Assembly: GCF_964204645.1 (NCBI RefSeq)
Contig: NC_134035.1
Location: forward strand, 6,138,001-6,202,000
From: Tubulanus polymorphus
Lineage: Eukaryota; Animalia; Nemertea
Direction: 5' to 3'
DNA: 64,000 bases
Shown: positions 39,201-49,522 of the stretch, in pieces
Layout: each line of letters opens with the position of its first letter
Numbering within the stretch: the first letter of the stretch is position 1
The notes under the pieces: generated by a model
The model's input: the letters and a program-made list of their open reading frames with translations, nothing else
What the model was told of the DNA's origin: nothing
The model's database searches: none
Program-made: the position numbers and the translations under genes

Positions 39201-42095
39201 GGTTGGCACATCACAGGGCTTTAGGGGCCATATACTCCTTGAGATTTCTGCCTGAACCCCCTCCCGTTTTACTATGGGGCCTTAAGTATGCGTCTCTTTA
39301 TTGAAATTAGGTCAGCTATAGGTCAGCAATATATTGGGTCATACAACTATCGAATCACTGCCGGCGGACGTACGAAAAGTCGCCTTTTTAAAGTCGAAAA
39401 GTCATCTTTTTAAAGCCGAAATGTCGACTTTTTAAACTCGAAAAGTCGACTTTTTGAAGTCGAAAAGTCGACTTATCAAACTCGAAAAGTCGACTTATCA
39501 AGTTGAAAAGTCGACTTATTAAAGTCGAAAAGTCGACTTTTTGAAGGGTCGACTTACTAACTCGAAAAGTCGACTTAATAACTCGAAAAGTCGACTTACT
39601 AAGTCGAAAAGTCGACTTTTCAAAGTCGAAAAGTCGACTTTTTAAACTGAAAATAAAATGTTGTTGGCCGCATTGCTCTTCCGTACCAATGCTAAGGTCA
39701 TTATAACCGAAAGTTCGTTAGAAAAGGGGTCGTTGTTTCCGATGAAATTTGACTGTAAATGAGAAGGATTTGGCAGGGGATTTTTTTTTTCGTACGTAAC
39801 AAGCGATGGTTCGTTAGTTCTGAGGTCGTTAAAACGAGGTTCCACTGTAATTCATCTTCAATTAAGATTGAGCTGTACAGTCAAACTGAAGAGCTGTAGG
39901 GTCCTGGACCCAGTTCCACAGTTGTGAGTTAGATCTAACCCTGAGTTAAAAGTTAGTTCATTTTCAATGGGTTAAATCTTAACTCTGAACTGTGGAACTG
40001 GACTCTGGGTCAGTTTCTTGGTTAAAAATAACTGGCAGATGATTACCATGGTAACGTTGAACTCTTAATTATCACTTACGCCGCAATCACACCGAGACGA
40101 TTTGGCCCCGGCCGAATTGGCACGGATGAGGCCCGAGTCAAATTTGGCCTGTGTCTAATTTAGAGAACACAGACACGCACAAACCACTCAATAGATACTG
40201 AACAATGTTTTAAACAAAGCCAAGTGAGTCATTTCTGGAACCTATTGCGATTCATACGCAATCATTTTATCCCATGCTGAAATTTGGCTCGGGCCTGGTC
40301 CGATGTTTTCGGCCGGGCCAAACAGGCATGGGCCCATGTGGCACCTATCTGAACAGTTGTCCCGGGCAAAAAAACGCTTATATCAACTAACCAACTCTTC
40401 AGCAACTGGCCTCAGGGGTCCAAAACAGGGATTGAAAAATTTGATTTAGCTGAGCTGAAATAGTCAGTAAGTTGAGGTTATTTCAATGTGAATGTTCAAA
40501 TGTTGTATTGTTTTAAATTTTGTATTTGTTTAGGTAGCGCTCTTGGAGCTGAAAGTTATTGGTTGTGTGGACTGCACATGTATACGCCATTACCGTTCCG
40601 ACCTGGTCGTGGAGGATTTGGCGATCTGTTTCGCACTCATTTCTTCGTGAATGCCGGCAATTTAACGAACGTTGATTTCAGTAAGTTCTCGTTGAATTTG
40701 AATATAAAAACTTGCATTTTTCCTTCTGAGAGTAACTCTCTTGTAAGCTGTTGGTGGCACAAATTGTAACCACTGGATACATACGGCTGATATTTTGTCA
40801 TTAGGAGGGAGATAGGTGTTGGAAGTAGTATGAATAGTTTCGTCCATCAGCTCTGAGCCGTTAGGAAGTAATGGGTGAAAATGTGCAAAATTTCAATGGA
40901 TTTTTCCCCCATTCTAATAATCGATGCTTGACCTTGTTTCCTGATGATGACATCACAGGGAAGCCTTCAGAAGGGCATCACTTGGAAAGCATCACTTGTA
41001 GAAGAGCTTTCCCAGTTCCTTATCAAGAACATAGTATCGATTGTTCTGCCACTGTGTGTAGTCATAGGGAAAAACCATTAACGTGTATATCATGAAAGAT
41101 GAACATGCTTTACACAGTGCACCACAATTTCATCTTTATCAGCTGTTTACTTTTTAACTTTTGCGTTATTGCAATACCGAGAACAAATCGATTTGTTTCT
41201 TCTGCCAATTTCAAAATTTGTTGTATAACCAGGATAAGCTAAGACTTGAAAATGTGGTCATGGGTTGAGAGTTTAATACTAATGTTTTATTATTCTGTGT
41301 TTTAGCTAAAGACCTGAAATATAATCTGGCTCATTTAGCTCAGGGTTTGAGGTTGGCGTATGGCGCTGGATTGGTTCTGAAGATGGGAGGTATTGCGCGA
41401 TTAGAATTAAACTATTGTTTTCCAGTCAAATCTCAACAAGGCGACGCGTAAGTTTTATACACAATAAACTCAACGTTATCAGTTGTAAAAAAATTTTGCA
41501 TCTATTTTAGGCGTCGCTGTAGCAGCTCGCTATTGCGTTCACTTTTCATCCTTCCAAAGTATCTTGAGTAAAGTAGGTGACTTTTGTTGTTACGAGGCTC
41601 CTCTGAATGAAGTAGTCATGTGGTTTTCTATTGATGCTGAATTAATTTTCTGTATGACTACTCACTTGAGCAAATTCGTACCAATTAATTTGAACATTTT
41701 CTTTCATATTTTAATGAAATGTTCCATCAGATAATTTCAACTTGTTACTCATAGCACTTTCAGAGCTGCCAACCATCCTTGTTTGTCGGGACAGTCCCTT
41801 AAAATGCCCCACTTTTCCTGAGAGTGTTTTTGTGATGCTATTGAATAAACTATTGTTGTCCCTGAAACAATTTTCTATTGTCCCTCAAAAAATTGTTCAA
41901 ATTCTTCATTTTACCATATTGTGTGCCTGAAAATTGTATTATTTGTCACTGATGCGGTAATTGACAAGTTGGCATGTCTGCACTTTAGTTTGAAGCAGTT
42001 TGTAGCAACTCATGAAACACATGTAATTCATTTTATTGTCTATTTTCAGGGTGAATACAGGACTGCAATTTGGAATAGGAGTTACATTCTTATAG
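14729..42095 (+). CDS. SAMM50: Sorting and assembly machinery component 50 (Sam50/Omp85 family), 13 coding exons, 460 aa
   Basis: GT-AG exons in consistent phase: 14729-14749 (MGTVHAK), 15903-15986, 26851-26952 ([17 protein letters not shown]), 27035-27122, 27762-27868, 28342-28475, 29203-29290, 29370-29570 (WEGVWREL...GHSLKSS), 31625-31705, 37146-37287 ([14 protein letters not shown]), 40534-40680 ([22 protein letters not shown]), 41306-41447 (IARLELNYC), 42050-42095 ([10 protein letters not shown]). Total 1383 nt. Motifs match metazoan SAMM50 as I recall it (human starts MGTVHAR). Confidence 0.95.
15098..15657. repeat. Three diverged copies of a SINE-like repeat (one -, two +) in SAMM50 intron 1
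   Basis: Shared CTGATTGG...TGCGCA...GGTCTA.TGTGGCAGG...GATGCCATCAGGTTCGAATCCCTGC.GGGGAGG, which includes a Pol III B-box-like motif. Confidence 0.55.
16126..16488. mobile_element. CAG-ended MITE with apparent 6-bp TSD
   Basis: CAGGGTTCATAG...CTATGAACTCTG, GGGTTG on both flanks, internal repeat TTGAAAGTCACGGAAT twice. Confidence 0.6.
16961..18502 (-). CDS. UDP-glucuronosyl/UDP-glycosyltransferase (GT1, UGT family), intronless CDS, nested in SAMM50 intron 2
   Basis: 513-aa ORF with signal peptide, N-terminal His (TSHMQ), UGT signature [45 protein letters not shown]-terminal TM helix and KxKxx ER-retrieval tail (KEKTA). Probable 63-nt 5'UTR intron 18503-18565 (GTAAG...TTTCAG|ATG). AATAAA on the minus strand at 16813-16818 and 16645-16650. 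Confidence 0.96.
   Translation of the reverse strand: MKAVVAVVMAMTLGGIHSAKVALIAPPATSHMQQLIVIGDELVKRYGHDVSFIAPTTVRDSPILAGTSVDVIWYEAPDDMYLYETDGQKQRDFLTLSLEATNPLSEIRFAVDVFRPVCETLLGDRVLFETLLSRRFDFGLADGIFFMQCSYILFDKLKIPYGTVTTLVMPDQIVPTLAVPSIKIHADVEALDFRGRVINTLFATLGYGLVSWVTDPSSRYEKYCRQTPCPSYQRLQGDSKLWLIDVDELLDVPVPSMPHVFHVGGLSVRPTQPLTGEFKTIADSANQSLVLVSFGGTVSFLAEEYVNKVVEAMRALPRYTFVFKFKQKMKNVPKNVHIVNWLPQRDILAHRNTRLFITHCGNAGLHETLYGGVPVLGIPFYGDQPANAQKIERRGYGLGVKITSVTTEELIAAIEEVITNPTYRKNIHKSSLIYRSKEFASVRAGKILDGVLKHGFKHIQPPSKDLYLFQLLLIDVILLFALITIVSIILLYVCLRSVYRKCCSPPRNKEKTA
19450..20715 (+). mobile_element. Helentron-associated (HINE/DINE-like) non-autonomous rolling-circle element with ~155-bp internal tandem array
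   Basis: 5' TTTTAGCCCACATGGGA subterminal IR matches 3' TCCCAAATGGGC. GTCC microsatellite near the 5' end, four CACCAGGGGGCGTTGAAT units about 155 bp apart, 3' hairpin GTCCCTGGAC and CTAGT end. Reverse-complement copy at 57971-59211. Confidence 0.8.
21762..21968 (-). CDS. COX17: Cytochrome c oxidase copper chaperone COX17, intronless CDS, nested in SAMM50 intron 2
   Basis: 68 aa, [43 protein letters not shown]: Cu-binding CC plus twin Cx9C. Splice-acceptor-like TTTCCTGCTTTAG ends at 21992, 23 nt upstream of the ATG. Confidence 0.96.
   Translation of the reverse strand: MSLVQAETKAAAAAETGGESAKPKCKPCCACPETRKPRDACIMEKGEENCSPEIEAHKECMRKMGFKV
22402..22646. mobile_element. Two adjacent short palindromic MITEs (GGACCCAGTTCCACAG family, then GGG..CAGTTGCTCA family) in the probable UGT 3'UTR
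   Basis: TIR-bounded units at 22402-22513 and about 22515-22646. The same pair recurs at 39906-40413, and the second family occurs alone at about 56043-56166. Confidence 0.7.
22890..24440 (-). CDS. UDP-glucuronosyl/UDP-glycosyltransferase (GT1, UGT family), intronless CDS, nested in SAMM50 intron 2
   Basis: 516-aa ORF with signal peptide, N-terminal His (GGHLS), signature [52 protein letters not shown] and C-terminal TM helix. AATAAA on the minus strand at 22258-22263. Confidence 0.96.
   Translation of the reverse strand: MNLAIIISLLIVAGHAERVVIVTMQMGGHLSESGGVARGLIDIGHDVFILMDENAKKPPQLRDSGVKVISYASSDAKSIEMIDNYERDLSEVMIAGGGTDAVVARVMKPRIEHDCLTILRDDSLMRTLAGYRFDMAIVEGLYFCNHLIPYKLNVSFVSMSTVIYPYITKTHPLVTPWPCSITEQSNTFANRMRQFLYSLFFENFVPHIFLDEKKFLGFVADEPHGSLYEIAEQSKLWLINKDNLLDCARPSQPNVIYIGGISAAAPKPLPTELEDFLDSAADAGAIVVTHSSMMAHVSETFTQKLMHAFSRIGQKILMRLVYRIPGNVTIPSNVKIVDWIPQNDVLAHRNVRLFITHCGNNGQSEALYHGVPMLGLPLFGDQMYNAERVVVKGYGLKLDTEKFTSDDLQSAIHELLNNSNFTRNIGKASAIFKSRPHPRDQAAYWIDHVMKYGDQHLKTSTNYMSTAQFLMFDIFGSLLFVLQILIFALHRTVVRVTATIWSKIKNKRSPKTEHVE
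25530..25604 (-). promoter_or_regulatory. Putative TATA promoter and non-coding first exon for the nested antisense unit(s)
   Basis: TATATAAA (minus strand) at 25604-25597, CAGT about 26 nt downstream, donor ACG|GTAAAA at 25531. Confidence 0.4.
30217..30277 (+). ncRNA. Degenerate minimal type-I hammerhead ribozyme-like motif in a Penelope-like repeat
   Basis: TTC-CTGAAGA-T-GAC...GTC-GAAA-TG-TC-GAA. Related motifs at 49138-49186 (+) and 45586-45628 (-). Confidence 0.4.
32129..32395. mobile_element. piggyBac-type MITE, same family as 57036-57320
   Basis: TTAA|CCCTTTCAG...CTGAAAGGG|GTAA, inserted at a minisatellite TTAA, opposite orientation to the 36631 copy. Confidence 0.85.
32456..36481 (+). 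mobile_element. Non-LTR retrotransposon (CR1/L2 group), near full-length ORF2 (APE + RT), disabled, in SAMM50 intron 9
   Basis: APE motifs ([28 protein letters not shown]) and RT motifs ([35 protein letters not shown]) across 33040-36066. Frameshifts near 33710 and 35571, nonsense TAG at 35671. (ATT)n in the 3'UTR, AATAAA plus (ATTAC)n tail at about 36462-36481. Candidate TSD ATAGA at 32451-32455 and 36482-36486. Confidence 0.92.
36631..36866. mobile_element. piggyBac-type MITE, truncated copy
   Basis: TTAA|CCCTTTCAGTGAGTCTACACCGCAGTGCGG..., collinear with the 57036 copy up to about 36866. Confidence 0.82.
37410..39847. mobile_element. Tc1/mariner (pogo/Tigger-like) non-autonomous element, host of a nested insertion
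   Basis: TA|CAGTGGAACCTCGTT...AACGAGGTTCCACTG|TA, TA TSD. Confidence 0.82.
38060..39685. mobile_element. Non-autonomous TIR element with TACGG...CCGTA ends and 6-bp TSD (IS3EU-like), with internal GTCGAC tandem arrays
   Basis: Terminal inverted repeat TACGGAAGAGCAATGCGGCCAACAACATTTTATTTTCAGTTT at both ends. TSD CCAATG at 38054-38059 and 39686-39691. ~21-bp AAGTCGACTTTTCGA arrays at about 38105-38670 and, inverted, 39376-39643. Confidence 0.85.
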
Positions 42096-42790
42096 CAGCG
42101 ATTGCGGTTTTGACTCTAGTCTAGCCTGTGATAGTTACAGCTTACTGCTTTTAGGGTGGAAGCTGTTTTTCTGATAAATCAATAGAATAAGCACATGTTT
42201 CATGTGTTGAATCAACCAATAATTCGTGTACATTGCATTAGTGTACAGCAGATAATAGTGTGTATCACTGTACAGCTGATATATCATTGTGGTTTCTAGA
42301 GTTTCTCAACAGAAAATAATGTTCTTTGAAAAATGATAAAATAGTTTTTTAGGAAATTTGAAAATTGTGCTCAGAATGAAAGATTTGTTTTTACTCAACT
42401 AGAGTATTTATGTGAGTTACTCGTTTCAGTATTTGTGAATGGTAGTTTTGTAGATATTTATTGTGACATTGTTGAGTGACGTCTTTCAAGGCACTAGTGT
42501 TTCCAAACTGTAGCATTTGAAATAAAGTTTGTGCTTGTCGAATAATAATATCGTTTCAAAATAAAAGTTGTAATGACATAATCGATCTTTAGGGTAGACC
42601 ACTCCATCTTAAACTACCCGAACTGTTCCACTCAAGAAAAAAACTACTCTCAAGTCGGTGTTGACTCGATTTGCCTGATACTAAACTCCTAGGTGAAATA
42701 TCACAGTCCCAAATGCCATATAGTACCAGTGGTTACCTATTCATATCAGTAGCGTCCTCTACTAAACGACTGTTTAGTTCGTGTGTTATA

Positions 42791-42941
42791 CGGTGGAACC
42801 TCGTTATTACGAGCTCGCATGTAACGATTCATCGGAAAAAACAGATATCGAATTTTGTCACAAGTAAGACTGGAATGGTTATTTTCATACCGGATATAAC
42901 GAACTGGACATAATAACGAACGCTGTGACGAGGTTCCACTG
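42791..42941. mobile_element. Short Tigger-like MITE
   Basis: TA|CGGTGGAACCTCG...CGAGGTTCCACTG|TA, same TIR as the 37410 element. Confidence 0.75.
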
Positions 42942-45900
42942 TACAAGTATTTGATAAACATCTTTTTTCTGAAAATATAATAGAAACCATGACTGAATTG
43001 ATAAAAGTGAGTGACAGGTATTTTGATCTCAAACTACAATGGATAGTGATATACTATGTTCCAGTATGTAAACTCACTGTTATTCAGTTGCCAATGGTCA
43101 ATGAACCTTGGATGTTTGGAGTTATCATTCTGATTCATTACACGAAGTTGACAAGTTCAGGTTTAGAATAAATTCCCGTGATCGACTAACAGCTCCCATA
43201 TCTGTGTACCGTCTTGTGGTTATAGAATTTCGTAATAAAATCATTTATTCAGTGAAATAACGCGGTGTATGTTATATTTCTTCTTCAAAAAACAATGTTT
43301 TTTTTATTGAAATCGATTTCGGTCAAGTTTTGACAATATCTGCCGGTCTAACAGATCTAAAAGCGATAACGATATGATCGTATTATGTCTGATTTAGGAT
43401 ATTATTAACATTGCTACTAGTGACGATATATAATAGGATTCAGTTGCAAAGTTGTTAAACAAGAGTCTATTTTCAGATGGTTCATATAAATTGAACGCAC
43501 AGTGGAACTGTGACGTGAGAGTCTGATCAATGGGAGATCCAGATGTAGAAGATCTAGCAAATTTCTATCCACATTTTGCTATTTTTCTGGCAGTTCCCCA
43601 TTTTCTGTGTCTGATCTGCGTCTATTTGAGTAGTGGTTTCATTTCGATCGCACTAGTTTTCGTTGAAGAAGGGATATAACGATTTAATGCACCTAAATTA
43701 ATGTGTGATTAATCAACAAAACTTAACAGCATTAATTAATTAATTATGTAGATGCTTGAATAATTAACAGGTGGTTTTTGGTTTCCCGGATGTTTTCTTT
43801 TAGTTTTGTCATAGTTTTGAGACAGTTCTGTTGCGACTCAAAACGGAAATTGTTTGTGTTATTAAATACATTAACATTGAATAAAGCATTGAGCATTTTC
43901 TTAATAAAAAATAAAACACTAAACCTCGTTGATCTACGTTCGTGCGCTCCATAAATAATCAGGGTGGCCACTTACCGACATGGAAGTTCCGGGAATTTGG
44001 TATAACAAGTTAAAAATCAGGGAAATTTGTTGAGATTGCTAGATGGCATGTGAAATCAGTTTCTTAGCAGATCAGGTCAGGGAAAAAGCAACCGAAAGTG
44101 GCTTCCCTGATAATTCATCTTGTTTAGCCTGAAAGTCCTTAAGATGTCGTACGGATTCTTAGCAGATCAGGTCAGGGAAAACAATGCGCATGTCGGAGAA
44201 GAGTCAGTGAAAAAGCAAGTCAAATAAAAGTGGACTCCCTGATAATTTTCTTTATTGTCTATTTTGATCGTCGATCTTGAGGCTCTATAGCCCATGTCCG
44301 TTATCGTACCATTACACGGGCAGATCTTTGATTTGCATCTAATTCGAGGTTAACCCCGTCCACTGTAAGGGCCCTAGTGTGTTCTAACCCGTTTCACCAC
44401 TAACTCTTCAATCAACAATATGACTTAAGAAAGGCGGTGATTGATAAACACTTGAAAAAACATTCAATATATATTCATTAAAACATTTACAAGATTTATA
44501 AATTCACCACGCAGAATATTAAATCAAATATCACAGTTTGATAATAATCAATAGGACCATAAACACAATGTTCAGTTACGTTGATAAAAACCACGATGAC
44601 GATCTGATGAATCTGGCTGAGGGCTTACAAGTCGTCTCGGTGGCTGGGCGTCGTATATTGGTGGTACTGAAATATGAAAATAGATTCCCTGTCATTGTAT
44701 GGCTGAATGAAGACTATATATGGTAGATTCGTAGAGAATTGTCTATTTGAAGCTATACGGGCAATTATCATTAGAGTTAAGTCATGTTGTTGGAGAGGTT
44801 ACGCGGGTATCCGATCAGTGCTGTCAATGACTACATGTATATATTGGGTTGACTGGACATAGCCAGGATTTTAGAAATTGTAGGCACGAAAATAGATTTA
44901 TGTCACTATCGCCTTAAAAGAGTCAAATGAGAGAATAGGTAATAGATGCAATTAATTCATAGACTCATAACCAGTTCGCCAGCAGCTTACGTTAATGGAT
45001 ATGTATTAAAGGTGTTTTATGAACTTTGGCAATAGTGTATAAAAAGTGTATATGCCTGGGCCTAAAAGTGCTACATACATATTGGCTACGCCTCTGTGAG
45101 ATTTTTTTTTAAAATACATGTATACACGAAACGATGAAAAATACATTAGTCTAGTAGGCATCGTCATATTGAAGATATAACGTATGTCTTACATCCACGG
45201 GTATGTTGTTGTAATTGCTGTTGAACTAGTTGTGGAGGAAGCCATGGTTTGAATTCGTTCTCTCCATCCAATCTGTGATTATTCAGATCCTGTCGACTCA
45301 ACGCGTACTTCGGAGTACCTGATATTTAAAACATAGGTAGATTTTCGATTTAAAGCGCCGTCAAAATGTAGAGAAAATGAAAATAAATCGTGCATCATTT
45401 TCAATGAATAAACTTTCAGGTTTTTACCTCTAACTCCTGTTTTCCTATCGGCTAGCTCCTCATTGAGTTTGCTATGGTCGTAATGCCTCACCACACCTGT
45501 AAACAATAGTACAATTTCTTTCACGCTCATCAAAACAGACACTTATAAGAATAAAAAGGAGGCCGAAAAGTTTCCTTGAACTGATATTCAATTTTTCGAC
45601 TTTATCCCAATGATCATCTTCAGGAGTGCAGTATATTTGTTGTGTAAACTGAAGTTCGATTTGCTATGGAATCAGGTTTATAGTTTAGCTTAAATTTAGT
45701 ACTGCAAAATTTGTTCATTGGACTCCTTGACGCTTGATTGTTATTAAGTTCCCGATGTGTCTCACAGTCTAGTTGGTTATTTTGTGGAGAAATACATTCT
45801 CTCGCTAGGATCCAGGAGCTATAACAGTAATTCTAAGTTGTATTTGAAATTGGTTAATTTTCCTTAGTTTGGAATAGATTAATTACTTAAACCGTTTTTT

Positions 45901-46100
45901 TTTTCATATTTTAGCAAACAGGCATTATTCGAAACTATTCGGCAAAAATTGGCAGTTTAAAGGTCGTATCGTTGATTTGATTTCGGTTGGAAAGTATAAT
46001 ATTCCATAGACTATTGGTAACACAGAGACCGTCAAATAAATATTAGCTCAACGAAATTGGTCGGATACTTTATATTCTTAGCGCGGGATTTCATGTCATC

Positions 46101-46415
46101 AGCCGGGATCACACGGAGACGATTTGGCCCGGCCCAAATTGGCACGGATCAGGCTCGAGCCAAATTTGGCCCGTGCCTAATAAGAGAGCGCGCTCACGCG
46201 CAAACCATTCATTCGATACTAAACAAATCGAAGTTGGTCATTTCCGGTAACAATCATTTGTCTCGTGCTAAAATTTGGCTCGGGCTTGGTCCGACGTTTT
46301 TGATCAGGCCAAATTTGGCCAGGGTCAAACAGGCTCGGGCCCATTTGGCACCCGTGTGAACAGTTGTTCCGGGCCAAATTTTGTCCGGACCAAAAATGCT
46401 CGTGTGATCGCGGCT
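46101..46415. mobile_element. PIF/Harbinger-like MITE (AGCCG.GATCACACG TIR)
   Basis: TIRs AGCCGGGATCACACG and CGTGTGATCGCGGCT, with ATC on both flanks. Related copies at about 3499-3797 (reverse) and 40080-40377. Confidence 0.72.
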
Positions 46416-49222
46416 ATCGTTATAGAGACAACACGGACTCAGAGTGTCTCTTAGGAATACAAAAATCTGTGGAAAATCATGCAGGCCTATAAATTGACCG
46501 CAATATTCGTTTAAGATTCGAAAAAATTCCGATATTTTTTTTCATATCTAAAGCGTAAAATATTTCATACCGTCAATATAAATCACCCTGTAGCCTTTAT
46601 TCCCGAGAACCTCTTTAACATGACGCCAACTTCCTCCGATATTACCTTCTCTTACTCTGCACATGAAATAATAGAATTCAAGGTACGTTGACTTTTTGAA
46701 TAGTGAAACATCACAATTTGAATGAGGATAGGATTAATTCATTGTAGACCCTGGCAGTAAGAAAAGAAGTCAATATAAAAGTAGACCTCGCGCTCAAGCC
46801 GATGTCATAGAATCAGATATACCCTCCTCCCCCCATGTCAGAATGATGCCCCCAACAATAGATTGATGAATTAAGTGAAGATGGTTATAATGGGGCTGCT
46901 GACCCCAAACCTTAACCCTTAATCCTGAAATCTACTAAGGGGTTATGAATAAAGGGAGGCATCTGATTCTATCATGGACGTTTAAATTAGTTTATACGTC
47001 CATGATTCTATGACACCTGATGAAACCATTTCATTTTGATGTTTATTGAAATATCTCAGTGAAACTATGCACAGGATAATTTATGTAACATAATTCGGAT
47101 ATCACTCGCCGCTGGGTATAGCTTCTGTATACGTTTTTGCGTCGTTTCCGATCTAAAACATCTAAATACATGTATATACTTGTTAATCATTTTTCAAAAA
47201 AGGTTTTGGATAAGGTTTTATTGAGCCTTACATGGGTTTTCCGGGGTTTGGATATCGGTAGGCTTTCTTCTGTGTGAGTTCCTTGTATTTACGGTAGTAG
47301 TCCTCTTGAGTTGATGGACGGTACGGTGCACTCAGCGGGGGCTGCATAACAATCATCGATCATATATTTTATCAATTTTCCTTCATGGCACGTATTCCAG
47401 GCCCTCGTTTAATTGATTTTTTGCAATAAATCTCACAGTTAGCATTGGAAACTTACAACTTTTCTCCAGTTACCGTCAGACATTGCCACCGGAACCGACC
47501 CGATACGACCTTGCATTCCCATCCAATCGTTCATTCCATTATAGGTCGTTCTGAAATTGTAAAAACCGATTGGTTTACTTTCATTTCGAGTCAAGTCTAA
47601 ACCACAAGTCCTGCTTCTGCAGTTGTGAGAAATGCTTTACAGTTAAAACTTGAAAACTATTTTGAACTAACTGTGGAATTCGAACCTGGAAATTACACAT
47701 GCATGAATAAATTCAAATTGATATATCTATAAAGTGTTATTATTCGAATGTAGAATTTGAACCTACAATGGGTGAACAAGTTGCGGACGTCCATAGAATC
47801 AAATTTTACTAACTGGATTAAGCTGGATGTTGCTATTGGTTAGGGTTGCTATAGATGAGTTCCATGGAAACATGATAAATCCAACATGTCCCAATAACAA
47901 CTTGAAGTCCGGGTAATAGCATTAAATAGTTCCAGCAGAGACTAATCACATTGGACTGGTATTTGAAATCAATCCGTCAATATTGAATTAAATCATACGT
48001 ACATTACGACATACAGACGTACAGACATACCGACAAACCGGTATACCGACGAACCGATACATACTGATAAACCGACATACCCGCGCGCGTACAGAATAAA
48101 CCATTTTACAGTTGCTAGCCGCCATTTTGTTAGGGTACTTTTGTCCCGTATTGTTGGGTCATTTTTTTCTCTTTTTTAAAAACTATCTGCGATGTGTATT
48201 GTATCATATTTCATCTGTCCATAGATGGATTTTGACAACTTCAGCAACATTCAAACCGCGTGAATCTCTAGTTTTCAGTTATCTAAAAATCATTTCCCAA
48301 ATTTACAACAATGCGACATGAGAGCGATATAAAAATCGGTGGTCAGTTTTTGCCGTGCGCATAGAAATCCAGGGTACTGAAATTTGAAGTTCGTTATTTT
48401 CAGAAATAATTTTCTAAAAAATCCAAACATTTCAAGCACTGTGCGCATAAACGCCCACTTCCAGGTGAACTTTGAAATTTTAAGATATCTTGCCTAGTTT
48501 TTTTCCTATGGCTCTTTAGCTGCAGCGCGTGTATTGTCAATCCGAGATTTGGCGCTGTTTTCTTTGCGTTTATTTCAGAATATGGGTGTTATTTCTTCAT
48601 TGTGATAACGAATATTGTCTCTTTTAAAATAAATAGCTATACAAAATAACTACTATTAAGGAATATCAGCGAAATTGTTTCAGAAGGTTTTAGATTTTAT
48701 TTCATAAGCAAGAGACTACATTATTTTGAAGCTTTCAAGACTGGGTATTACTTAATCCCCTGGCGCCCAGTTTCATAGCAGATAATCGCAATAATGATGT
48801 GTAAATTTAGCAGAAATGCAGCATTTGCAGAAACCGATTCAGTGAAGTTTGGGGTAAAAGCAAATACCCAGTCCTGGGATCAGATAGATATAGGTTTCAT
48901 ACTTACAATTCTGAATGAGTTGGTAAGCTGTAAAACCCAAACACATATGCAAAAATGCCACAATTTTAAATGTCTTATCAAAACATTTCAAAAGATAAAG
49001 AGATAAAGAACCCATGCTTAAGATGAACAATAACGACCGTGTAAAATATTTCCTTGGTCTATAGTTTATTCAAACGTTTGGATACATTCCTAAATAGTCC
49101 TTCTTTTTATATAAAGACTTATCCTAGTCATTACAGGTATTCCTGAAGATGACTATAAAGATAGATAAAGTCGAATCGTTTGAATAAACTTCTGTCTCCG
49201 GGAAACTTTTCGAACTCTTTTT

Positions 49223-49522
49223 TACGGAAGCTTCCCGGGGATATCATTTAGGAATAATAAAAATTTTTAGTTGAGATATATCTCAACATAAAATCATTTA
49301 CGATTAATAAATAATTTTGCCGATTTTATGTCGAGTTATTATCTCGACATAAATTCAATCTTTTCTCAATCGTAAATGATTTTATGTTGAGATATAACTC
49401 GACAAAAACTAAACTCTTTTTACTAATCTAATTTTACTTTAAATGAATTAATGTTGAGATAACAACTCAACATAAAATTAACTTTTTGTTTTTCAAAAAT
49501 TATATCCCCGGGCGCTTCCGTA
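49223..49522. mobile_element. TACGG-ended MITE with internal palindromic repeats
   Basis: TACGGAAGCTTCCCGGGGATAT...ATATCCCCGGGCGCTTCCGTA, with four internal hairpin units of the type ATGTTGAGAT..ATCTCAACAT. No clear TSD. Confidence 0.7.
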
